Shown: positions 47,812 through 59,154 of the stretch, piece by piece
How positions within the stretch are numbered: the stretch's first letter is position 1
How the letters are laid out: every line of letters begins with the position of its first letter
From: Oculina patagonica
Taxonomy: Eukaryota
Reading direction: 5' to 3'
Assembly (NCBI RefSeq): GCF_052425735.1
Contig: NC_135758.1
Span: forward strand, 806,001-870,000
DNA length: 64,000 nt
The notes under the pieces: generated by a model
Told to the model about the DNA's origin: nothing
Databases searched by the model: none
Seen by the model: only the letters and a program-made list of their open reading frames with translations
Program-made: the position numbers and the translations under genes

Positions 47812-50557
47812 TTTGAAAAAAAAGCGTTGGTATCGAATTATTCAGCAACCCAGTGAACTTTACTCCAAGAGAGCGTTACGCAGTTTTAATAAAGATATGT
47901 TGATTTTTGCCTTAACAGTTCTTCCACACATTGGGAGGTTTTTGCAGGTGTATTTGCTAAGTGAAAGATTTGGACACAGTTATAATCAACCGTATTTGTT
48001 ACCTTCTTGCTAAAATCAGTTTCGTTTACCTATACAAACAGTTTTTTTATCCTATGTCAATTAAGTCTTCAGATATAATGAACAAAAACAAAAGGGGTCC
48101 GAAAAAGTTTAATTTTCTATGTTATTCTGTTTGCACGGAGTTAGAGACCAAGTTCGGCAGGCAATAATGCATTGAATTACCGCGTGTATATCGACAAATT
48201 TGTGTCGATAAACTTGTATTTTCGGCTCACATTTCTTTGGATGCTAGGAAGATCTTGCATCTCGGAATAGTTGGGTGCCTTCGGTGTGTTTTTTATTTAT
48301 TTTGTTTGTAATGTAAATTCCAAGTTATTCCTCTTCAAAATGTCGGACCGTAGAAAGTAAATAATGTCACAGTCTTTCCTTGGTAAACAAAGGGGGAAAC
48401 CGGCGGGTTTTGAGGTCTTTTGTAGATAGAGCCGACAAATTAAAATGTGTCTTAATACATAACATTGACAACACTTCCTTAGAATTGTTCAGGTTAATCA
48501 GTTAATTGCAAAAAAGAATCGCCGAAAAGCAGTACTAAGCTGAATTGCAGAAGTTAAAGAGAAATACACCAAGTTACAACACCTCATTCACGTTGTTAGA
48601 GTGCCTTTATAAAGTATATACAAAACCAAAATGCATGCAGTTGGGTAAACTGTGCTATCTTCAGGCCTCAAGGCCTTGTGGACCTTTTGCCGGGGATCGG
48701 TATGATAGACCGGTTCAGCTGGCAAGAGAAGCCGGAATTTGTTAGTGGATTTCCGTTTCATTGCGTCACATTATCAAGTTTGCTTTTTACCTTTTGCAAA
48801 TTTACGTTGGATATTAAATTTGGTTTTTGTACTGAGACATTTTTTCTTCGATGATCAAGTCCTTCGATTCAAGAACATAATCTAGCCACTTTAATTTGTT
48901 TTTAAAAAGGTTAAATCTCCGATTAGGAATCCAAATTTAATCACTTCTGGAGCCAAGCTGATAACTTAAGTACATTCTAAAATTAAATAAAATGGGTTGC
49001 GTTACAGAATAAAGTGTTCAATTGGCTGTGAACGGAGCAAACGGACTAGCATTTACGAGTAGTTTTTTTAAGACCTTGAGAAGGCGGCAGTAAGGGTCCA
49101 TTTCTTTTATGGGGTACACTCTTTTTTTTTTTATAAGAATCTAGTTTATAAGAATATCGAGGCTGAAATTGGCGAATTTTTAAGAATATTTTAAGAATAA
49201 ACCTGAGGCTGAGATTTTGAAAAGAATATAGTTTTGAGTTGAAGATTTGTAAATACAATACAATTAAATATGTTTTTAGTTGAAACAAAATCAGGTATTT
49301 TCATTTCCGTCACTTTATCTTTGTGAGGAATGCTTTGTTTAAAGCCAAAACGGCCAGGCTGCAACCAAAAGCAATGTTACATGTGCACAATATAACACGA
49401 AACAATTCTGGACACCAAACACTTGTAATTGATTACCCAATACTTTCTAAAACGGAAATGTCAAACAATATTTTCTAAGAATGTTTATAAGAATATTTCA
49501 GCCTAAAATCAGCAGAAAAATAAGAATATTCAGCCTGGGTCGGAAAAACTGTATTCTTATAAAAAAAAAGAGTGTATTGGAGGGGTGGTGAATGGTCCTT
49601 TAAAAACTGCGTGTCTAGCGAAATTTTAGCCAAAATCAGGGGTCTCGTCGTCTCGAATTTTTCTTTGACGCCTTCTCGCAGTCTCGATTTCTTTTGCAAG
49701 GCTAAAAAGGTCTCGGGCTCACAGAAAAGATATCAGTCTCGCCGTCTCGCAAAGTCTCGCATTTACCATTTGACACCCCTTATTGGGGTAAGGGTATGTT
49801 TTCAGCTGTGATGGCTGTCTGTAGTCTTCGTGCAACTGTATAATTTCAGTTGTTGTTGCAAGGAATAGCTTAGGGCCTGGCTTGCCAACAACAGCAACGC
49901 CGTGATAGATTAATAATGGGTGTTTTATAAAGGTAAAAACACATACTCACACTCACTCAATCCTCTTCGTGCCCTTGGGCACATAAGGCCGTTAACAGAT
50001 TCCGCCACTGCTGCCTGTTCTTTGCAGTCTTTCTCAGCTCCCCCAGCTGAGTCCGCTTTTTCACAATTTGGGCCAAAACATACAATAGGTCATAAATCCC
50101 TTGATGTGTCAAAAAAGTTTAAGTGTCTAGACACAGTGTCTGAAGACAGCAAAATTTAATAGCAGTATACGAGTATTTCGATGGTTCCTTGAGACCAATA
50201 AAATTGTTTTTCTTACAAATCTATTTTGTCCTTCGTTTCTTTTACTTGTTTCAGGCAATTATCTTTACAAAAACACGATAGTATAGAGATTCATAATCGC
50301 CATACGTCCTAAAATTTAAGTCTACAAACATGTCAGACATGTTCCTGTTATATAACTGAAGAGGTCACTCTCAGGTTAGAGTTATGGTTGATCGGTTTCT
50401 GTAAGTTACAAATACATATGTACACTTCGTAAAAAAAGCAGAATATCGAAAATGCAATCGTCGAAGTTTATGACGGTAAAGCTATGAAGAACAATATTAG
50501 AACTGAAGTTTCTTTCTCGACATGGTCGCATGGAAACGAATGTCACGCAAGTAACGT

Positions 50558-51111
50558 TTATAACGTAAGTCGCGTGTTTTGCTCGCGTTGAACGCTGTTG
50601 AAATATTCTTGTTCATGCTTCAGTTGTTTCTTGTCTTCCGCTCTTTCATATTTTTGTACGTATATAAAACTGTTTGAGGTACAAAAAACGAAGCATTTTC
50701 ATTGACAATTTCAGTTCAATTTTCTATTTCTCGATCGCGGCAAGTTCATTTACGAAAACAGCAAATCTATTGTTGTAAGTGGCTTTTTGTTTACATTTCC
50801 CAGCAGAACGCGTCCCGCCGCTGTTGAATCCACTGATCACAGCTCCTAATGTCTTTAACTCGATCATAGAAAACGTGAGATGGTAATCCATTGATTCCTT
50901 GATCGCCAAGTCGCATTCCTTTGCCACAGTGTGGACAAATAACAGAGTTCTCGACAAGGAATTTCTTGAGGCATGCTTCACAAAACTCGTGTAGACAGTT
51001 GAGTACCTTCACATTGTTGCTGTCCGCTTTGCTGCAAAGTTTACATGAAGGTTGATTGTTGTTGACCGAGTTTTCTTTTGGGAGGACGTATGAAGAAACT
51101 GCTGAATCCAT
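50558..51111 (-). CDS. Small RING-HC finger protein (TRIM-like N-terminus); ORF 51111-50791, possibly spliced 51111-50795 + 50669-50558
   Basis: CKLC...VLNCLHEFCEAC...ICPHC (C3HC4) followed by 'GINGLPSH', as in TRIM N-termini. The phase-2 GTAAAC...CAAACAG intron is plausible but unproven. Confidence 0.7.
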
Positions 51112-52502
51112 TTTCGTGTAAAATTAAGACGATTCGTAAACCAGCTGTTATAAGTGATATATCACGGTTGATCGTTCGAGTACTGACCTTTATATCAGGA
51201 CCTATCAGGCCGGAATTTATTACTGGATTTCCGTTTCATTGCGTCACATTATCATGTTTGCTTATTATTAGACCTAGTAAAACAATTTGCGCTATTTGAA
51301 ATTTAAATTAGTAAATATTTAACGATAGTGCCATTTCACTACGCTTTGTCTTTCAGGAACAAAATCACAAACTCAAATTTTCAAAAATACAATTCAAATA
51401 AATTAACAGATGTAAAAGAAAAATACCTGTGTATCAAGAATTCTATCATCGGTCAATCGAGATGTTATGAAATACGAGCTCAAAGAATGTATTGCGCAAG
51501 ACAGCGACGTAACGCAATGGGTGGCATCTATTTCGCGGTTGAGTGATCGACCGCAATGGCGCAAAAGAAACGAAGGAAATAGGTGAAAAGGGAAAAGAGA
51601 ATATCTAAAGTGGTCGCCGGTCGCGTAGATCCCGTGCGTGCGTACGGCGCCGTACGCTTGTTTTCGCAGGCCATAACCATGATTCCGTCACGGTGACGTC
51701 ACCGGGACGCTTAATGTGCCTCGAAGGGATTGGCTGTGGGCGAAATGAAGAGGCCAAGAAACTAGGAAAAGGGGACACTACGCCATGATCAAAATCAACA
51801 TGGCGACTACCCCGCTTTGACGGAGCTTATAGTCGTTTAATTCGTCGTATTTTCCGAGGAACTATTCAGTCTTTTTTTTTTTGGTTGGTAGCTGAAACGT
51901 CAAAACGTTGTGATTAAAACCACCGTTTAGTTGACAGGAAATTCAAAAATGTTGCGGAGCCACCAATTAGAGAATGGTTAAGGATATGACGTCATCACGC
52001 CAGCAAAAAGTTGGCCAACATTGGTCAAGCCACTCGTTTCCAGGCGGTTTATTCTAAAAACCAATATCATGCAGAAAAATAATGACCAGGGGTTTAAACA
52101 TAATAGAAAGTACACCATTCTCTTCAAACGTCGTCATTTCCTCTGAACTCTCAGTAAGACAGTACACCAGTAAGTGGACTTTCCTGCCATTTTGAAAAGG
52201 GCGCGTATTTGACGAAAACAAACACCGATACTAACGCTGCATTTTACGCCTTCAGGGGGTTTGCGCTTACTTCACAATGGCGGGAAAAGAAACACGGACT
52301 AGTTGTTAGTCGTGTAAGCATCATCACAGTGCATCAACATAAATCACCTTGCTAAAACTAGACGACTTTACATTCTTTCTCGTGGTTGTCCGTAAAATGA
52401 TGAATAATAAAGAGATTTCAGTTTTTGGGCATTCACAAAGTCTGTTCTAATTGGTGAGGGAACATGTAGATAAAAAAGTTTTACAGCAGTACAAGCTTCG
52501 TT

Positions 52503-55500
52503 TTATAATTCTTCTTTGAGAAGATCTCCGTATCTAGTCACGCGGCTTCCAGCGAAATCTCTATAGTGCTTCACAAGCTCCTCCACTGATAAGAAGGTAT
52601 CCTGCGGAGAGGAAGGAGAACAGTAAGGCGGTGAAAACAGGGTGGAACTTATGAAAATGTGTCTGACATGCTGGACTAGTTTGCGTGAAAAAATAAATCA
52701 TTGTAGCTTCAGTGACTTCAGTAGAGAAAAGAATAACATATATCTGAAAAGCATTGTACAGTATAGCATACCATCAAGAGAAAATAACTACCATAGATTT
52801 GGTGTTTGCAAAAAACGCACATTTGCAGAGTTTTGTAGAGTGTAGTACTGGAAATCCATGAATCTGATTGGTTTTCTCATTGTTTTCTATTCGATGATAG
52901 AACACAATCACGCGAGCATTGCGCTTAAAGGGGAAAATTATCCTTGATTTTTTGGCTTAACAATACCTGAAATTGTCACTTCACTTAGTGTTTGCTAAAA
53001 CAGTAAGACAACTCGCTCTCGATTTCTCTAAACGATAATCAACTCTGCTGCATGCGCTTCGTTGACTATTCGCTCTTATAGTTCACCACTAAATTTTCTC
53101 CGATTCTGATTGGTTTAAATTGAACACGTGACGCGATAGTGCCCGTCCGCCGGAGGGCACTATCAGCCCTCCCGTGAAAAATGCCCGGATCGATAGTGCC
53201 CGCCCGTGACTGTTTTTTGTAAACAAGCTGCCTGCAGACAAAAAACCCAACCAAATTCACTGCATTTAGTGGGTTTCTCGTCTGGTTTTGTTTCGTTTGT
53301 TAAATTTCGGCTTTCAATTGAGTTTTTTATCCTCAAAAGTAAAAATAATTCACGATGCTTGTTTTTGTATGTGCGCGCGGAAGAAAATTTAATGGTGAAC
53401 AATAAAGACAATAGAGTGTTTCTGTCTCGGAACTATCGGTCTGATAGTTGCCCCTTGGAAATTTGATGTTCTTAAAACTAGCATATTTGCCCTCGAAGCT
53501 TCGCTTCTCGGGCTAATATTTGTTTTAAGAACATCAAATTTCCGCGGGGCAACTATATATCAGCCGATAGTTCCTCGACAGAAACACTCTATTGTTAAAA
53601 TAGAAGTGGGGCTTGTTGTCTAATCGCGAAATAGATTTCAAAACACAAAGTTACGTTAACATCGCATTATACCGCAAAGAGCATTGAATAGTTGCCAGTT
53701 AACAATATAAGTAATACCTATTTCTTCTCAAAAGCTACTCATTTTTGTATTGTGTTGGATTGACAGGCATCAATTAAATCTGTCATTACCTTGTTGTCGT
53801 CTCCTAGTTTCATGAGATGATTTGTTTCAGATTGAATGGGGTCCTCATCCACCCCGGGAAGGATCCAATGTCGGATCTCATTCTGAAGGAGCGCAAATAA
53901 CAAAATTAATAATAAGGTTTCCTGCGAAAGAGCTCTATATTTGACGTGCTTTACTCTAAAATGGAAATGAAATTTCCCGCATTTAAGGTAAACGCCCTCC
54001 CCAAGGGGGACTAACTGCTCCCTTGCTTCCTGACACTAGCCCGTTTTTCCCTTTTCTTGAACGATGTTCCCTCCCGCCTTATTTGCGGCTCACGTTAAAA
54101 AAGCAACGTAGGAAGCACGAAAATACTACTGTGAAGATTTGTAATGGGCACCCTAAGCCGTACAAAAAACAAGGCGTTCAATCTGTAAAGGGTACAAAAG
54201 GTAACCTCGCTCCCAGCGCTTTTCCCTTGGTAATTTTGAAAGGGCCAAATTACCAATAGCCTTCTACGCAGACGGTCTTTGGGCTCGTGTCACGCGTTTC
54301 TAGCTCAAAGAACGTCTGCGTAGGAGGTTAAATTACCAAAGAAAAAGCCCTGGGAACGAGGTTGTACAAAAAGCTACAACAAGCTTCCAGTCAGTGTCAT
54401 ATTAAAAGCAACCTACCTCGCCCCCCCCCCCCCCCCCGGTATATGCATTTAAGGATATGGGATGTGGTGCTAAAAACTTGAACTATTGGCAACAAATTAA
54501 GATAGTTCTGACCAAACACACTACCTTATCAAGGTATCCATCCTGGTTAAGGTCCAGCTCCTTCTTAAAGCTGTTTGACAGGCTGTCGGCGGTGCTCTTA
54601 TCTAAACTATCCACTCCTTCTCCTATTATGACAAAACAGTAGCAGTAAAATATGAATTATTTAAGTAAAGAAACGGCTCTACTTGTGCAAGCCAATTGTT
54701 AAGTTAGAGTCGATCAATGAAAAAGTAACAGTTCCCGGAGAACGAAGTAGCGAGATAGCTTGTCAGTACAGGCTTCAACTTCGCTTAGCGTAGATAACTA
54801 ACTAGGATAATTGCTTTTCCCTTGGATTCCCCTTCACAGGTTAACCTCCCATTTTTTGACAGGATACGCAAACGATTTCTTAGTTCATATTTTATACTCC
54901 TAGGTGGAAAGAAGCCTTAGTTCGAGAGTAAAATGTCATTACACGATTCAAACCCGGACCGCTCGATCAAGGACAACTAGAGCCCGTTAAAATAAAAAAT
55001 AATCTAAAACCATCAATGTAATACAACAGCTGACAAGAAATAAGCTGAAATAAGGCGAAATGCTGAGATCAACACCAATGCCAACAACTTTTTGATATAA
55101 AAATATTGTAATTTTTTATCCATATTTAAGACATATTTTTTTAATTTCTAACAGGACCTGTATTGATAGAAGTTTGTTGTCTTAAAACTGAAGCAGCAAT
55201 CCTGTATAAATATGTTTTAATAATTATAATTATTATTATTATTTATCTCAACATACCGAGGTATTCCTCAAGAGACACTTTGCCATCTTTGTTCCTGTCA
55301 AACACGTCCATGTTTTCCTTTGACATCAAAATAGTACATGTTAAACTTATAGGACAGGGAATACAGAACTGATAGTACTCAAAGGCAGTTGACATGTGCC
55401 ACATTAAAAATTCTCTAATTTCAGTCGCACCTGCCCAGTCCCTGGCTTTCTCTCTTGCCCCGTTGTTCGCGCAAAGTCTGGGATGAAGCGGGCAGGAGAA

Positions 55501-57411
55501 CGGTAAGTGCTCTTCGGTGACGTCACCGGTCACGATGGAGCCCAGACTCCCTTGAGCCGAGAACATCTAGGGACTAGGACGCAGTTGCACCTATTTTGTT
55601 CTTTGGGCTTAGGGCCTGCGTCATTTCCCTCCCCACCATATCTGCATGTCACGTGATTATTACCTCAATAAGGTATGACGTCATCCTCTTTGACTCCTCG
55701 GGATGCAGGAAAAGTGTGAGTTCTTCTCGAGACAGTAAATTGTCGTTGTCTGTATCAGAAAATTCAAACCGCTTTTTGTCTCGTGATTCTATCTCCCTCA
55801 GTTCTGCCAGGGTAACCTCGTTCAAACCTTAAAGATAAATTTTAAAATATTAATTTAATTATTTCGATTCTTGTTAACTGCCTTCTCGACAATGTATTGG
55901 AACTGTGTACCACGTGACTAGTTTCTAACCTTCCTCAGTGGACGGTGGAAATTCCGATTCTTTGTACTCTTCCCATGATACCTTGCCGTCCTTGTCCGTG
56001 TCAATGTCCCTCAATTTCATGTCAGCCCCGCGCAGCACGTGTTTCCTCATGTGTTGTTCAATCCACTCATAAAGTTCAGTGTTTGACACTTTGTTGTCCT
56101 TGTCGATGTCTATTTTAGGGAAAAGTGCCCTGTGTTGTCAAGAAGCAAAACACAGCAATACGTGTTACTACACAAGATAGAAGCATGGGTATACATGTTA
56201 CCAGAGATAAGTCCAGAAAATACACTGAAGTATCTTTTGACAAGCGCGATAAAATGTCAACAGCGAAGAGGTACAACCTGCAAAAAGGGCGGGAAAATTT
56301 GCACCTGGTGACAGACGCGGGAAAAAATGCAACCAGAGACAAACATGGGAGACGTAATCTGTCAAGAACCGCTAAACGAAGGCGAAACCCCTGACAAGCA
56401 CGGGAAGACGTAAATTAATGTTGCATGCCGCCATTTTAAAACTCTCCAAGAAGAACTCACGTGATGGTGTGCTGTCTTTGTTGTTGTTGTTGTTGTTGTT
56501 GTTGTTTTTTTTTTGGGGGGGGGGGTTGTTTGTGTTTATGGTATGATGTCGTGAACAACTTCTAAAAAAGCTTGTTACGTGCGTTAAATGCGACGATATG
56601 CTTCGATATTGTCTTGATTAGTAGTTCTGTTTTGATCACAACAATGACAACGTCTATTACGAAGTAACTGGAAGATTTTAGTCTCACAACAAGTGACTTG
56701 GTTCCAATATAGATGCAAAGATAACGTCAGAGTTGTTAATTTGCGGTATTTTTAAACCATGCAATAAGCAAACTTGACGTCAAAAGATGGCAAGAACTGA
56801 AAGCCACCAGTTTACACACTGCGGTTTGTAACGGACATTACACATCGTCGCATCAAACAACAAACAGTTTACTGGCGATCTTTTCATGGTGGTAGAGAAA
56901 ATCAGGTGTTGACATTTACTGAAAAATTCGACTGCAGTTGAATTAAATTTTTGTAGCTCCTAGTAAACAACTTAACTGAAAACGGTCTCGTGTGATTTAC
57001 CATAAATTGTGAAGGGTTTAGAAACATTTTTAAAAATAAATATAAGAAGCTACGCTTGTTTATGATGAATTTCCTGTTTTCCCGTTTCCCTCGCACGCAT
57101 TGAATATTCTCAAGCATGAAAATAAATTAATTTTAAAAGTTTTCAAAAACACGAAAATACAAAGCTACTTGCCTGAGTTTTTCTTTGACCTCATCACTCG
57201 GTAGTTGCTCCCATTCTTGTGCTGTTTGTTGACCAAGGAAAGCTTCGTGATCGTACTGTACATCATGTTGTTCGTTCTTGTAATGTTCCTTAGATGACAA
57301 TTCTTTTTCTTGTAACGCACGTAACTGAGGGTATACAAGTCGGCTCGCAGACACTTCTAACACCCAAACACAGAGTGTCACAACGAAAAATGCGCTCAAA
57401 ACTCGAAACAT
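52503..57411 (-). CDS. Calumenin/reticulocalbin (CREC) EF-hand protein A (~317 aa, ends KEEL); exons 57411-57173, 56129-55930, 55827-55664, 55317-55257, 54622-54525, 53882-53790, 52601-52503
   Basis: Signal peptide, YDHEAFLG, EF-hand loops (DIDKDNKVS, DTDKDGKVSWEE, DRNKDGKVSLEE, DLNQDGYLD), FLHPEE. Exons sum to 954 nt in frame; intron 1 is GC-AG. Confidence 0.9.
54202..54364. mobile_element. Nested MITEs: outer AACCTCG...CGAGGTTG; inner TAGCC...GGTTA (54257-54330)
   Basis: Inner 9-bp TSD AATTACCAA; outer TSD TACAAAAGG/TACAAAAAG. A relative of the outer element lies at ~33115-33196. Confidence 0.8.
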
Positions 57412-59154
57412 TATGAAGTTCACGCGCGTAAAGCTATTAGCGAGAGAGCTTTCAACACACGATTAACAAGTCGTACAATTCACTGCAATGTCTTGAATTT
57501 TAAAGACACGTTTTCTTTTCGTGTTAAGCCACGTTGCCTAGAATATCGGCCGGTGCGCGTTCTACCGTTATATGTATGTTATCAAGATATGCCACGTCGT
57601 ATTACACTATAGGTTGTTAAACAAAAGTATTAAGACAAGCTCTACCTCCTCGATGTTAAACACGGAATAAAGGTTTTGCAAGGAACATTTCTGTCACGAA
57701 CATGTAAAATGGTCGCAAAACCAATTAGGTTTCAAACCCCAAATTAGTGCCTCAAGATCTAAAAATGTTATGTAGTATGAAGGTAGGACGAAAAACAAAC
57801 AGTTTTTATTTGTACACATTTGTTGATGCTGTATAGCCCGTTGCATGTTTTTACACAAACCCAAAACGTAAATTCAAATGACCGAAAACCATACAGTAAT
57901 TCCAATATCACATTGCATTGTGTTAAAAAATGAACTTCGAATTAGCTACCCAAGCCGGCGTGAAATCTGAAAAGCTATATTTAAGCTGAAGTGATATTTG
58001 ATTGTGCGCTAAACCACCGAAGCACTTAAAGTTGACCACTGAAGTGATTATGTACTTCTGGTAAAGATTTCATTTGTTCGCAGTGATAGGCAATTTATCA
58101 CAAATGATTTCCGCCCGTCGGGATACAAATTAAGGGAGCAAATAGTTCTGGGCATAAATTATCATACAATTAATCACATAAAAAGAGCTCATTTTTAACA
58201 CGCTATAGTGCTTTTTTTTTGCTGAACTCTGTAATAGAGTTGAACAATTTGTGAGATATAGCAGCAACCAATCAGAGCTTAGTTTTGTAAGTAACTGTTT
58301 TTGTAAATAGTCTTTTTTGTGCGTGTATGTGTTGCAATAAAGTTATTATCAAAAAATAAAAAAATAATAAATCTTTTTTAACCAATCAGCTGCCAAACCA
58401 AAACTAACCTTGCCAAGCGCGTTTTTCCGCGCTTGGTGCGGGTTAAATTTATTTTGCTTTGATGATTTGCTCATTGCGTTGTTGGCATTTGTTCTGATGG
58501 CTTTCGCTTTCCTTTCACGAGAGCTACTTCCAAAACCATTCTAGCTTAGAAAAGTTTGGACAGTGATCATTTTAGTATTTTTATCTATGGCGCCTAGCTA
58601 CAGTTATTTTTCAAATATGAGTGAAATGTTTTTCCCTTTGCCGACTCTGGACACCCTTTTCAAAATATCAAGTGTACTCTTTAATGTCAGAGAAGTGTCC
58701 TTCAATTGAACAATCTACCATTCCCCCAAACTTTTAAACTGGTGAATTCGAGCTTGAATCTCTACAAAATCTGTCTCATTTACTGCAAGCTTTCTTTTGA
58801 AAACGTCAGGCTGGTGCAGGAAACTAGTGTGTGTTCCATTTCTCAGCAAGGAGCCTTGAATGTTTTTCATTTAAAGGCAATATATAATTATAGCAACTTA
58901 TAAACAGAACAAACCCGAAACATTCCCTACACTTATCTCCCGGTCAAACCCCCTGTCGTAGGTAAAGTAAGTACCGGGCTGGATGCTCTGGGGGGGGTAA
59001 GCAAAACTACTAATACGCAGACAAGAAACATATTTTACATTCTGATACAAATGAAAAAATTCTAGTTTATTTGGCATTGTCTGACGGGAAATGGCAAAAA
59101 CACATTCACAAACAAATTATATTTCCAAGAAACGCTATGAGCAGCTATCAATTT

